Counted from the stretch's first letter, positions 1-9,055 are shown. The stretch is 64,000 bases of DNA from a virus (IMGVR_UViG_3300020733_000010:32001-96000); one strand, 5' to 3'. A program made the numbers and translations. Notes: generated from the sequence alone by a model not told the origin.

Positions 1-42
1 AAAATTAAAGAACTTGTATTGTATGTTTGATTTGATTTTTCG

Positions 43-501
43 TCAAGCATTTTTTACAAGTTTGTCAATGCGTTTGACCATTTGTTTTTCAACATAGATC
101 ATTGCACGGGTAGCTAAGAGGCGTTCACGGGCGAACGCTTCCTGTTCCCAAGGACGCTCATGGTATTCTTTTAGAATACGCTGACCAAACCAGAGATTTT
201 TGTTTCGTTTGCTCAATGATAGTTGACCTTTTGCAATTTGTTTAACATGAACCATTTCATGTGCGAGGCACAAGATCAAGTCACATTCACTAAGACCACC
301 ATCTACAAACATTTGCATTTCACGGTCACCTGTTTTGGCAACCATTCCATTGTTGCCCTCACGCTTGCGTAAGCCTGGGGCATTATAAATTGTTAAACCG
401 TAAGTGCTATTCTCTAACTTCAATTCTTTGGTCAAGAATGTAGTCACGAGGTCAATAACGATTCGGCGTTTGACTGAACTAGTTACGATTTCAATTTTCA
501 T
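43..501 (-). CDS. putative zinc metallopeptidase (HExxH), early gene
   Basis: LAHEMVHVKQ zincin motif plus downstream PWEQEA; ATG lies 6 nt after a sigma70 -10 box. Confidence 0.7.
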   Translation of the reverse strand: MKIEIVTSSVKRRIVIDLVTTFLTKELKLENSTYGLTIYNAPGLRKREGNNGMVAKTGDREMQMFVDGGLSECDLILCLAHEMVHVKQIAKGQLSLSKRNKNLWFGQRILKEYHERPWEQEAFARERLLATRAMIYVEKQMVKRIDKLVKNA

Positions 502-507
502 ACTGTA

Positions 508-536
508 AGTATAGCAGGTGTTGGATTATTCGTCAA
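508..536 (-). promoter_or_regulatory. sigma70-type early promoter
   Basis: Minus strand TTGACG-N17-TATACT, immediately upstream of the ATG at 501. Confidence 0.75.
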
Positions 537-537
537 G

Positions 538-1059
538 TCAGACAAAAGTATTAACTAATTGAGTAACATATTCCTCACTACTGTCACCCAAATCTTTTTC
601 GTCTGTATAGACTGCAACATCGCCAAACTTTGCTAGTTTATGACCTGCGGCATCGTTGTCACAAACTGCAACAACTTTTCTATTCAAACAAGTAAGCCAG
701 TTGCGTAAGTCAGGGCTGGGGTTGTTACTTAGTACTGCTAAAGCACTAACACCGCGACTTGTCAATCTTGCGGCGTCAAACAAGCCCTCTGTCAAAAAGA
801 CAACATGTGGGGTTAAATGTAAACTTTCAACACCCCAAACTGCCAATGTGGGTTGTTTTCTGTATGTATAATACTTACCTAGCTTGGGATTGTTGCTGGG
901 CTTTTTCTCGCCGAACCGACGATACTGCTGGTATCCACAAAAATTTCCTGACAAGTTCCAAAGGTAAAAGGCGGCAACATCGTTCTCAAGATCCAGCATA
1001 GGACGATGGAGTTCAAGATCCAAATGTCGCCTTTTCAGATGTTCAACTAAGGTTTCCAT
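538..1059 (-). CDS. stand-alone Toprim-domain (DnaG primase-like) protein
   Basis: VFLTEGLFDA...VCDNDAAG Toprim motifs. Start reassigned to ATG 1059 (METLVEHL), which follows the promoter at 1087-1115. Confidence 0.75.
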   Translation of the reverse strand: METLVEHLKRRHLDLELHRPMLDLENDVAAFYLWNLSGNFCGYQQYRRFGEKKPSNNPKLGKYYTYRKQPTLAVWGVESLHLTPHVVFLTEGLFDAARLTSRGVSALAVLSNNPSPDLRNWLTCLNRKVVAVCDNDAAGHKLAKFGDVAVYTDEKDLGDSSEEYVTQLVNTFV

Positions 1060-1080
1060 GTGCTTTTTACTCGCTTTTGA

Positions 1081-1086
1081 TAAATA
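1081..1086 (+). promoter_or_regulatory. T4-like late promoter (TAAATA) for the homing endonuclease
   Basis: GATAAATA, the same motif found upstream of structural genes in this window. Confidence 0.6.
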
Positions 1087-1115
1087 ATTATAGCACAAAG
1101 GGTAATTTGTGTCAA
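1087..1115 (-). promoter_or_regulatory. consensus sigma70 promoter for the intact Toprim gene
   Basis: Minus strand TTGACA-N17-TATAAT. Confidence 0.8.
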
Positions 1116-1177
1116 TAAAAATGTCCTTCGCGGTGGTGGAACACCCAAGGACTCTAACGCTACGAGGAGCAATCAGC

Positions 1178-1711
1178 ATGAATATTTATTCAAAATCAAA
1201 TCCGCCTATTGGATTTTATGTTTACGCATATCTAAGAGAATCCGATAATACCCTTTATTATATTGGAAAAGGTTGTAATACCAGAGCCACTGAAAGACAC
1301 TCAGTTGCGGTTCCTAAAATAGAATCAAAGATAATCATAGTAGAACAAAATCTAACTGAAATAGGTGCTGTGGCTATTGAACGCAGGCTTATTAAATGGT
1401 ATGGTAGAAAAGATTTAGGGACAGGTATATTACAAAATAAAACAGACGGTGGGGATGGTGGCAAAACAACATCTACTGAACGCCGAAAAGAAATCAATAA
1501 AAAAATGTGGGCAAATGGTGTGTTTGATAATAGACCAAAGCCAACTCAACAAACTATTGATAAAATCAAAGCAAAAAGAGCATTGCAGGTTATAACAAAA
1601 GAATCAAGAGAAAAATCAGCGGCTAAACAGCGTGGTCAACGAAGGACTCCGGAACAAAAAGAAAAAATGCGAATCGCTGCGTTAAACAGAAAATCCAAAG
1701 TCTCTAGATAA
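1178..1711 (+). CDS. GIY-YIG-family homing endonuclease with NUMOD3-like basic C-terminal repeats
   Basis: FYVYAYLRE...YYIGKG...R...ERRLI...[10 protein letters not shown]; basic helical tail; GAGGAG RBS before ATG 1178. Confidence 0.8.
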   Translation: MNIYSKSNPPIGFYVYAYLRESDNTLYYIGKGCNTRATERHSVAVPKIESKIIIVEQNLTEIGAVAIERRLIKWYGRKDLGTGILQNKTDGGDGGKTTSTERRKEINKKMWANGVFDNRPKPTQQTIDKIKAKRALQVITKESREKSAAKQRGQRRTPEQKEKMRIAALNRKSKVSR

Positions 1712-1823
1712 ATTGACCACTCAAGTTATACAAGTAAAATGTAGCCAAACCCTCATCTTCGTCTAGCATAGGACGATGCAGTTCTAAGTCTAAATGACGA
1801 TTGAGCAGGTGTTCTCTTAACAT
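1704..1823 (-). pseudogene. orphaned 5' fragment (39 codons) of the Toprim gene
   Basis: Hand translation [39 protein letters not shown] aligns with METLVEHLKRRHLDLELHRPMLDLENDVAAFYLWNLSGNF. Confidence 0.85.
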
Positions 1824-1829
1824 AACCAT

Positions 1830-1858
1830 ATTATACTATGTTTGGGCATTAGTGTCAA
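1830..1858 (-). promoter_or_regulatory. consensus sigma70 promoter of the orphaned Toprim fragment
   Basis: Minus strand TTGACA-N17-TATAAT, 6 nt before ATG 1823. Confidence 0.8.
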
Positions 1859-1896
1859 CCTTTCAGCTAAATACAAAAGTACTAAGGAATTTCACT

Positions 1897-2994
1897 ATGG
1901 CATGGCCTGCTAATCCAACGAACGGACAACAAACAACAATCAACGGAACTACATTTCAATATGATTCTGCAAATGCGGCATGGAATCGTGTTTTTACATC
2001 TATCAATAACAACTTGCAATATGTAGGACAGATTTCAGCAAACGCACAACCTAACATTGTTTATGCCAATAACTTAACTACATTGGGTACACTAACAAGT
2101 CTTTCATTAGCCGGCAATGCTACAGTTAGTGGGGCAAACGTTATTACTGCTAACATCTTTACAGGTGCATACGCTAATGGAAATAGCAATATCAACATCC
2201 CAGCAAGTAATGGCAACATCAATTTCACTAGCGCAGGTAATGCTAATATTTTGATTGTTACTGGTACAGGTGTAAACGTAGCAGGTACGTTGAACATAGG
2301 AACAAACACAGCAAACGTAGGTAACTTGGGTGTTACAAGTAACGCAACTGTAGGTAACTTATTGTTTGGTACAGGTGTTGTGTCTGGTACAGGTAACGTT
2401 GTTGCTGGTAACTTATTGGGCCCACATGCTAATGGAAATAGTAACGTTAATATTCCCGCAGCCAACGGAAACATCACATTCACTAGTGCAGGTAACGCAA
2501 ACATTCTTGTAATAACTGGCACCGGTGCCAACATTACAGGCACTGGTAACATTACAGGTAACGTTGCAGTTGGTGGCAACTTAACTATTGCAGCAAATAC
2601 AACACATAACAACTGGGCTGGATTCTATTCTTCACAAGATAGAATGGTTCCATTAACAGGTGCTACTGGTGTTGTCAACCATGATATGAGCCAAGGTGCA
2701 TTGTTCTATCATACAAGTCCTGCTGCTAACTTTACACCAAACTTTACTAATATTGCAACAACATTTAGTAACGTAGTCACTGTTGCAACATTGTTGATTG
2801 TGCAAGGCACTACTGCATACATGCCACAAGCAGACGCTACTAACGTACAGATCGGTGGAAGTAACGTTGCAGTAAAATGGGTATACGGTGCAGCACCAAC
2901 TGGCACAGCAAGTTCTACCCAAATTGTTGCATACTCAATCATCAACAACAATGGTACTTACGCAGTACTAGGACAAAGTTCATTCTATCAATAA
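1897..2994 (+). CDS. virion structural / tail-fibre protein, Gly-Asn-Thr rich
   Basis: Late promoter at 1868-1873 and AAGGA RBS; MAWPANPTNGQ start; internal duplication ANGNSN(I/V)NIPAxNGNIxFTSAGNANILxxTGTG. Confidence 0.65.
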   Translation: MAWPANPTNGQQTTINGTTFQYDSANAAWNRVFTSINNNLQYVGQISANAQPNIVYANNLTTLGTLTSLSLAGNATVSGANVITANIFTGAYANGNSNINIPASNGNINFTSAGNANILIVTGTGVNVAGTLNIGTNTANVGNLGVTSNATVGNLLFGTGVVSGTGNVVAGNLLGPHANGNSNVNIPAANGNITFTSAGNANILVITGTGANITGTGNITGNVAVGGNLTIAANTTHNNWAGFYSSQDRMVPLTGATGVVNHDMSQGALFYHTSPAANFTPNFTNIATTFSNVVTVATLLIVQGTTAYMPQADATNVQIGGSNVAVKWVYGAAPTGTASSTQIVAYSIINNNGTYAVLGQSSFYQ

Positions 2995-3046
2995 TATTTG
3001 GGTAACATAAATCTCTGATACATAAATGTATTATATCGGAGATATT

Positions 3047-3388
3047 ATGCAATTAGAACAAGGTAATTTTTGCCCAATGCTTAAAAAAGACTGTGTGGGC
3101 TTAAAGTGTGCATGGTTTACAAAAGTTGAAGGTTATGATATCAATACAGGTAAACGTGTTGATGAATGGAACTGTGCAATGAAATGGTTGCCAATGCTAT
3201 TGATTGAAAACTCAGGCATGCAACGTCAAACAGGTGCAGCAGTTGAAAGTTTCAGAAACGAAATGGTCAAAGCAAATGAGGCATCACAAGAGTTATTCAA
3301 GGTAGCAGTTGCAAAGACTGCACAATTAGCACTTGATCCTACAAAACTTTTATTAGACAACGATGACAACCAATCAACAACTCAGTGA
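3047..3388 (+). CDS. conserved phage protein with 4 Cys, tail-fibre-locus associated
   Basis: CPMLKKDCVGLKCAW...WNCAMKWLPMLLIENS; GGAG RBS before ATG 3047. Confidence 0.6.
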   Translation: MQLEQGNFCPMLKKDCVGLKCAWFTKVEGYDINTGKRVDEWNCAMKWLPMLLIENSGMQRQTGAAVESFRNEMVKANEASQELFKVAVAKTAQLALDPTKLLLDNDDNQSTTQ

Positions 3389-4544
3389 AAACAATTATAT
3401 ATATCTTCCTAATTTCATTGATTCTACTGAAGCCAAAGCTCTTGCAAAAGAATTCAAAGACTTCTGTAAGAAACAACAATCAGTAGGTGATAGCCAAGTA
3501 CCTGAGAGTCAATCAGAATATAACTATATAGGCTTCTTAGAGTTACTGTGTGAAAAGACTCCTGAGATTACAAAGTTCTTGGGTGAGAAAGTGTTGCCAA
3601 CATACACTTACGCTAGAGTATATAAGAAAGGTGCAACACTAGAACGTCATCGTGATCGTGAAGCATGTGAGATAAGTTTAACATTACACTTAGATGGTGA
3701 CAAAGATTGGCCTATCTATATTCAGAAACCAAACGGTGATGAAATTAAACTAAGTTTAAAATCAGGTGATGCAATGATGTATCAAGGTATTATTGCCGAT
3801 CACTGGCGTGATAAGTATACTGGTTCTGATTATGTACAAGTGTTTATGCATTATGTACGCAGCAGAGGTGACAATGCTTGGGCAGTGTTTGACAAAGAGA
3901 AAAAGAAACCTGATGACTGGGTCAAAGCAGAAAGTGTAGAGCCTGAGGTTAAAAAGTTAGAAGCACCTAACATTATCACAGGATTACCTAACCTAGATGA
4001 CTATGTAATTGAACTAGAAAACGCAATTGACTTAGATTTGTGCAATGACATTTTATCAGAATACAACAATGCTAAAGACTGGGCACAGACTAGAATTGGT
4101 AATGGAGAAGTTGATACTAAAATTAGAAATGTAGACAGCATTTTACTTTCTGCAAGAAGTGTTATATCTAATAACCCTGAAGTTAGAACACAACTTGATG
4201 CTAGATTGTTCCAAGCAGCAAATAATGCAATACGTGAATACAATAAACGATTTCCCGATTCAGTAATTGAGCAAGATTCAGGATATGAACTATTGCGTTA
4301 TACTGAAGGTCAATTCTATAAAAGACACACCGATCATTTTAAAGCACAACCTAGAACAGTATCATGTAGTTTTTCATTAAATGATGACTATGAAGGTGGT
4401 GCTTGGAATTTCTTTGATGGTAAAATGATAGTTAGACCGTATGCTGGATCAGTACTTATGTTCCCGTCAAATTTCATGTTCCCTCACGAGATTTTACCAG
4501 TTACCAAAGGAACACGATATAGTGTAATTACTTGGTTTATCTGA
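3363..4544 (+). CDS. tandem two-domain 2OG-Fe(II) oxygenase (prolyl-4-hydroxylase/PKHD-like)
   Basis: Domain 1 HRD...HWR; domain 2 HTD...LNDDYEGG...HEILPVTKGTRYS. Confidence 0.85.
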   Translation: MTTNQQLSENNYIYLPNFIDSTEAKALAKEFKDFCKKQQSVGDSQVPESQSEYNYIGFLELLCEKTPEITKFLGEKVLPTYTYARVYKKGATLERHRDREACEISLTLHLDGDKDWPIYIQKPNGDEIKLSLKSGDAMMYQGIIADHWRDKYTGSDYVQVFMHYVRSRGDNAWAVFDKEKKKPDDWVKAESVEPEVKKLEAPNIITGLPNLDDYVIELENAIDLDLCNDILSEYNNAKDWAQTRIGNGEVDTKIRNVDSILLSARSVISNNPEVRTQLDARLFQAANNAIREYNKRFPDSVIEQDSGYELLRYTEGQFYKRHTDHFKAQPRTVSCSFSLNDDYEGGAWNFFDGKMIVRPYAGSVLMFPSNFMFPHEILPVTKGTRYSVITWFI

Positions 4545-4557
4545 CGATAAATATAGT

Positions 4558-5163
4558 ATGCCAAGATTTAATTCTCAACAGACTTTTGACTTTTACTTTG
4601 GTCAAAGTTTACAACCAGAAAACGAATACAATGGTGCAACAATGTTGTTCGCTATGTCTTCACCTCCACCTGGTTGGACAAAGGTTACTACATATAATGA
4701 TTATGCATTGAGAATTACTAATGGTACTCCTGGTACCGGTGGTTCAACTGCTTTTTCAACTGTCTTTACAACACAACCAGTATTCAATGGTGGTAACTAT
4801 GCAACTGGTCCATATCCAATAACTGTTGCCCCTCATACTATATCTGTTGCTGAAATGGTAACACACGATCACACATGGGGCCCTGGTGCTTATTTAGGTC
4901 CTGCACTAACTAGTTCATCTTCGGGAAGTCCATATAGTGCTCCGTTTAACCCGGGAGCACCATCTTGGACAGGTGTAGGTGGTTATTTTTATGGCATAGG
5001 TAATCCTTCTCCATATGTAAATTATTTAGGTGAGGCCACTGACTCCAATGGCATAGGTGGTGGGCATGTACATACTGCAACTGTATCCGGGGTTTCATTA
5101 TCATTATCAGTGAATTTCAACGTTAAATATGTTGATACAATTTTAGCAACTTACGTAGTATGA
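4558..5163 (+). CDS. tail collar / fibre-tip-like protein, paralog 1
   Basis: F...PPPGWTK...NDYALR N-terminus, HxH motifs, FNVKYVDTILA C-terminus. Confidence 0.6.
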   Translation: MPRFNSQQTFDFYFGQSLQPENEYNGATMLFAMSSPPPGWTKVTTYNDYALRITNGTPGTGGSTAFSTVFTTQPVFNGGNYATGPYPITVAPHTISVAEMVTHDHTWGPGAYLGPALTSSSSGSPYSAPFNPGAPSWTGVGGYFYGIGNPSPYVNYLGEATDSNGIGGGHVHTATVSGVSLSLSVNFNVKYVDTILATYVV

Positions 5164-5660
5164 CAACTCCTTCTATACCAAGCACTAGCATCACACTTTT
5201 TCGAAATAGTACTCCTCCTACTGGCTGGACAAAATTAACTACTAATAATGATTGTATGTTGCGTGTAACATCAAATGCTAGTATCACAACAAGTGGCTCA
5301 ATTAGTTTTAGTTCTGGATTGGTTAATAGTATTGCTACAAGTGCTACAGCATCTTTTCCAACAGTTACTCTATCCACTACTGTATCTGATGTTGCTTCTC
5401 ACAATCACAACGGGGGTACTCTTGTCAGCTATACGAATCGTTACACTGGTACTACTCTTGGACCAACACAGCAAGGTGTGTTTGCAGCCGGCGGTGCCCA
5501 AACACAAACACAACCCACTTATGGTCTTTTTAGTCCTTCTGGTGCGGGACACTCACACACAGGTTCAATGCCAGGAACCTACCCATCATTTCCGTTCACA
5601 GGTTCAACACTAAATTTTGGTGTTAACTATATTGACCTAATCGTGGCTCAAAGGAATTAA
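5160..5660 (+). CDS. tail collar / fibre-tip-like protein, paralog 2
   Basis: PPTGWTKLTTNND; HNH/HSH; FGVNYIDLIVA. Confidence 0.6.
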   Translation: MTTPSIPSTSITLFRNSTPPTGWTKLTTNNDCMLRVTSNASITTSGSISFSSGLVNSIATSATASFPTVTLSTTVSDVASHNHNGGTLVSYTNRYTGTTLGPTQQGVFAAGGAQTQTQPTYGLFSPSGAGHSHTGSMPGTYPSFPFTGSTLNFGVNYIDLIVAQRN

Positions 5661-5661
5661 T

Positions 5662-6132
5662 ATGGGTGCATTTAATGCCGGTTCAAAAACATTTTTTAAT
5701 CAAGCAACTGCTCCATCTGGTTGGACTAAGGCTGTTACTAACGATGACTACACATTGAGATTAGTTAATACAGGAACAGGTGGAACATTAACAGGATCCA
5801 CTGGTGTTGTTAGTGCGTTTAAGGACTATACAAGTTTAGTTACTTTTCCAGGGACAATAAGTTCAACTGTTTCGTCAGTATTAGGTGACACACCTAGTCA
5901 TAGTCATCCTTATAGTGGATTAGTAATGGGATCTCCGACTACTTGGAGAACTACTGCAACAACACCCGGCGGAGGATTTATTAACGGCGCAACTATAGGT
6001 GGCTATCCATCAAGTACATACGGTAGTGGATCAACTCATACACACAGTATAAGTGTTGCCGGAACAGCTACCGCAGCTAATGTTAATTTTTCTATAAAGT
6101 ATGTTGACTTTATTTTAGCTACTAAAAATTAA
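5662..6132 (+). CDS. tail collar / fibre-tip-like protein, paralog 3
   Basis: APSGWTKAVTNDD; HSH/HTH; FSIKYVDFILA. Confidence 0.6.
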   Translation: MGAFNAGSKTFFNQATAPSGWTKAVTNDDYTLRLVNTGTGGTLTGSTGVVSAFKDYTSLVTFPGTISSTVSSVLGDTPSHSHPYSGLVMGSPTTWRTTATTPGGGFINGATIGGYPSSTYGSGSTHTHSISVAGTATAANVNFSIKYVDFILATKN

Positions 6133-6141
6133 GGAACAACA

Positions 6142-6396
6142 ATGACTACAAGCAATAGAGTTTCAGTAACAGTACCGGATAACACAGTATACCTTGATAA
6201 CATAACAATGATTAACCTTGATTTAAGTGGTTGTGGTATACCCGAAGATGTATATGCAATTAACTTTAAAGATGGTGTTGGTGATATCGAATACAAAAAT
6301 CATTATAAGTTCAATGATACCGTTAATGTATTGCCTGATTGGGCTAGTAATTGTGCTAGTATATGTGAGTTAGCTTATGCAGCAAGACAAAAATAA
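6142..6396 (+). CDS. small protein, possible tail-fibre assembly chaperone
   Basis: Position after the fibre-tip genes; AAGGA RBS; function inferred from context only. Confidence 0.4.
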   Translation: MTTSNRVSVTVPDNTVYLDNITMINLDLSGCGIPEDVYAINFKDGVGDIEYKNHYKFNDTVNVLPDWASNCASICELAYAARQK

Positions 6397-6408
6397 TAAG
6401 GGTAGAAT

Positions 6409-7998
6409 ATGAGTTTCTTAACTAGTATAAGTTCAATTATGGGTCCATCATCAATTTCAGTAAAACTGAATAATGCATCTGTGCCAGGGGTTCCTAGCAT
6501 TACTGGTGTAACTGAAGCATCACCTACTAGTGTTACAGTAACTTTTACTGCACCAAGTAGTAACGGTGGTTCACCTATTATAAGTTATACTGCGGTTAGT
6601 AGTCCCAATGGTTTAACTGCAACAGTCACTCAATCGGGTTCTGGTTCAGTAACGGTAACTGGACTAACAACTGGTACAGCATACACATTTATTGTATATG
6701 CCACTAACAGTGTGGGCAACAGTGCAAACAGTACACAGAGTAGTTCCATTACACCTATATCACAAGGATGGGTGGCTGCTGTTACTACATCCGCACCTCG
6801 TATAGTGTCTATTGCAGTGGATAGTGCAAACAATATTTTGTCTACAAGCGGAAACTCAGCTTACACTGGGTGGTATACACAGTCATTTACTTCTGCAGGC
6901 GCGGTGAATTTTGCATACAATTATCCAGCGTATACTGATTATTGGCCAGAAACTGTTGCACTTGAAAGAACAAATAGTAGCACACCTAATACTGCCGCAG
7001 TATATGTTCAAGCAGCCACTGGTCCAAACAGTACATTTTCATATTCAGATATAATTAAATTGAACAATAGTGGCAGTAGTGCTACACTAGCATGGCATGT
7101 TAGAATTACACCTACTTCATTATTAGGAACCTCAGGTGATTATTATTCTATGTCAGCAGATCACACTGGTCCTGCAGTAATAACTGTATCAACTAACCCA
7201 ACTGTTCATAAATTTACAACCGCAGGTGCATTATCGTGGCAAAAACAAATTACAGGATTAGCCAGTGAATATGCGTATTCAGTGTGTCAGCGTGAATCAA
7301 ACACTTACTTTGGGGTTATCAGCTTCGCAAGCAATCCGGGTAATGGTTTTGTGATGTTTAATTTTAGTTCCAGCGGTTCTACTAATTGGGAAAGACAAAT
7401 TTCAGCACCTACTTCCGGAACATATGTTGTCCCAGAAGCAATAGATGTAGATAATAACGCCAATGTGATTATTGGTGGTAGGTGTACTTACATAACGAAT
7501 GGATCAACAATTATCAGTCTTAGTGCTTCAGGTTCTACTACAAATTGGGCTTACACAATTGCCGACATGTTTGTAGCTACTGTGCATTACTCAAAATCAC
7601 AAACAGTAATTTATCTTGCAGGATATCAGTACTCAGTGGGTACCGGGGCATGTATTATTATAAAAATGGATACGAGCGGAAACGTTTTATGGAAAAATGT
7701 TCTGAGTAGTGTTACAGCATTTAACAGTTCCTATGAAGTGTACACCGGAGTTAATGATACTACATACTTCTATTTGTGTACTGGAGGAGGTAGCATCTTT
7801 AAATTACCTGCCAGCGGAGCACAACCTACTATTAGTGGATATACATATGCATCGGCAACAAACACATTTACCTCATTCACACCAAATAACACTGCAGGTG
7901 GAGGTACAATAAGTGCAGGTGGTAGTAGTGTTTCTGGTGCAAACACATCGCCTGCACTATCCACCGTATCAATATCAACATCAGTGACTAACTTCTAA
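6409..7998 (+). CDS. FN3 domain + beta-propeller-like virion protein (possible receptor binding)
   Basis: PGVPSIT...VTFTAPSSNGGSPI.SY...GLTTGTAYTF.V.ATNSVG fibronectin III motif; repeated G...W blades. Confidence 0.7.
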   Translation: MSFLTSISSIMGPSSISVKLNNASVPGVPSITGVTEASPTSVTVTFTAPSSNGGSPIISYTAVSSPNGLTATVTQSGSGSVTVTGLTTGTAYTFIVYATNSVGNSANSTQSSSITPISQGWVAAVTTSAPRIVSIAVDSANNILSTSGNSAYTGWYTQSFTSAGAVNFAYNYPAYTDYWPETVALERTNSSTPNTAAVYVQAATGPNSTFSYSDIIKLNNSGSSATLAWHVRITPTSLLGTSGDYYSMSADHTGPAVITVSTNPTVHKFTTAGALSWQKQITGLASEYAYSVCQRESNTYFGVISFASNPGNGFVMFNFSSSGSTNWERQISAPTSGTYVVPEAIDVDNNANVIIGGRCTYITNGSTIISLSASGSTTNWAYTIADMFVATVHYSKSQTVIYLAGYQYSVGTGACIIIKMDTSGNVLWKNVLSSVTAFNSSYEVYTGVNDTTYFYLCTGGGSIFKLPASGAQPTISGYTYASATNTFTSFTPNNTAGGGTISAGGSSVSGANTSPALSTVSISTSVTNF

Positions 7999-8249
7999 TT
8001 CATCAATTGAGCAATCAACAACAACTTTTCCAAGTGGTCAATTGCTTTATTGATTTCGTCAACTTTAGGTTGAGTATATGTAGTTTTGTTAGTACGTCTT
8101 GCATTAACTTCTAATATACTCAACTCGTCAACTAACTTGCTTATGTTAGCAACCATCTTACCAAAGTCTGGGTGATAGTCAACTTTAGTAATCTGACTAA
8201 TCAGTTTAGATTTGACCTCAGCCCAGTCTAGTGATGTTTCTATTTTCAT
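7995..8249 (-). CDS. hypothetical helical protein
   Basis: Overlaps the upstream stop (ATGA); the only complete gene I found ending in TAG. Confidence 0.6.
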   Translation of the reverse strand: MKIETSLDWAEVKSKLISQITKVDYHPDFGKMVANISKLVDELSILEVNARRTNKTTYTQPKVDEINKAIDHLEKLLLIAQLMN

Positions 8250-9055
8250 GCAAAGATTTCAAGTGATGTACCACACTCGGTGCAAAACTTTGCTGTTGCT
8301 TTGTTTTGCTTACCACAAGTAGAGCATTTAGGTTTCATCTTGACATTGACAGGTTGTAATACAGGCTTGTTGTCTGCTGTCTCACCTAGCAATTTCAAAA
8401 CAATAGAATGTTTCTCTGCTTCTAATGGACCCATTGTAGTCGTAGTGAATGACTGTGTACTCTTGCTACCTGCTACTGTGATACCAACATCATTTGCTGG
8501 CATTGATTGTGCTTGTGCTGAGTTAAGACTTGCACCTGATGCAGTGATCCAACTACTATCCATTGATGCACTGCCACTGATATTAGTCGCACTATATGTT
8601 GCGCTCATTGGGCCAGCCCAATCACCGGTTGAACCACTGATACCACGCATAAGATTCTTACTATATCGTTCCATGTTATTGTCAAAGAATGATTGCATTG
8701 GGTGATACATTTCAAACTGATATTCAACACGAACTAATCCGTCTTCTAGTTTGACACCGCGATGATTTTCAACTGCACCGGTACGTTCAATGAACTTGAA
8801 CTTGTTACCTTCACGAAGATTACCGTTTTTGATTGAGCGTTCCAAGTCAATCTCTTGACCTGCATTGAGAACAATACCGCCAGGGGTCATGTCTTCACCG
8901 TCAATGAATACATTGACTAATGCTCGTTTTGTGTTGAGGTTTTTCATATACACTGTGTATTCAGATCCGAAGTTAACGAATACAGTGTCTTTAAATTCGC
9001 GGAGAATTTTACCATTGGCTTTTAGGCTCGACACGAGCTTTGATTGATACATCAT
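8246..9055 (-). CDS. hypothetical protein with C-terminal zinc ribbon
   Basis: CSTCG...FCTECG; AAAGGA RBS; late promoter at 9129-9134. Confidence 0.7.
   Translation of the reverse strand: MMYQSKLVSSLKANGKILREFKDTVFVNFGSEYTVYMKNLNTKRALVNVFIDGEDMTPGGIVLNAGQEIDLERSIKNGNLREGNKFKFIERTGAVENHRGVKLEDGLVRVEYQFEMYHPMQSFFDNNMERYSKNLMRGISGSTGDWAGPMSATYSATNISGSASMDSSWITASGASLNSAQAQSMPANDVGITVAGSKSTQSFTTTTMGPLEAEKHSIVLKLLGETADNKPVLQPVNVKMKPKCSTCGKQNKATAKFCTECGTSLEIFA

Larger units (their letters stand above)
940..1711. mobile_element. homing endonuclease cassette carrying a replacement promoter and 5' end of its target gene
   Basis: Flanked by a duplicated, diverged 5' segment of the Toprim gene (1704-1823 vs 940-1059), and each copy has its own TTGACA-N17-TATAAT promoter. 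Confidence 0.7.

Noticed and set aside
1109-1177. Longer N-termini given by the track (1109, 1179, 1801, 14382, 20356, 24761)
   Set aside because: Downstream ATGs have better RBS/promoter context, and the extensions overlap promoters or neighbouring genes.
2061-2951. Long antisense ORFs opposite the fibre gene (also 8280-8705, 18112-18366, 30446-30769, 53215-54315, 55638-55898)
   Set aside because: Shadow frames of Ala/Gly/Thr/Asn-rich genes, with no RBS, promoter or motif.
7770-7997. Functional amber-readthrough extension of ORF 7995..8249
   Set aside because: The extension is antisense to the FN3 gene and looks like a shadow frame.
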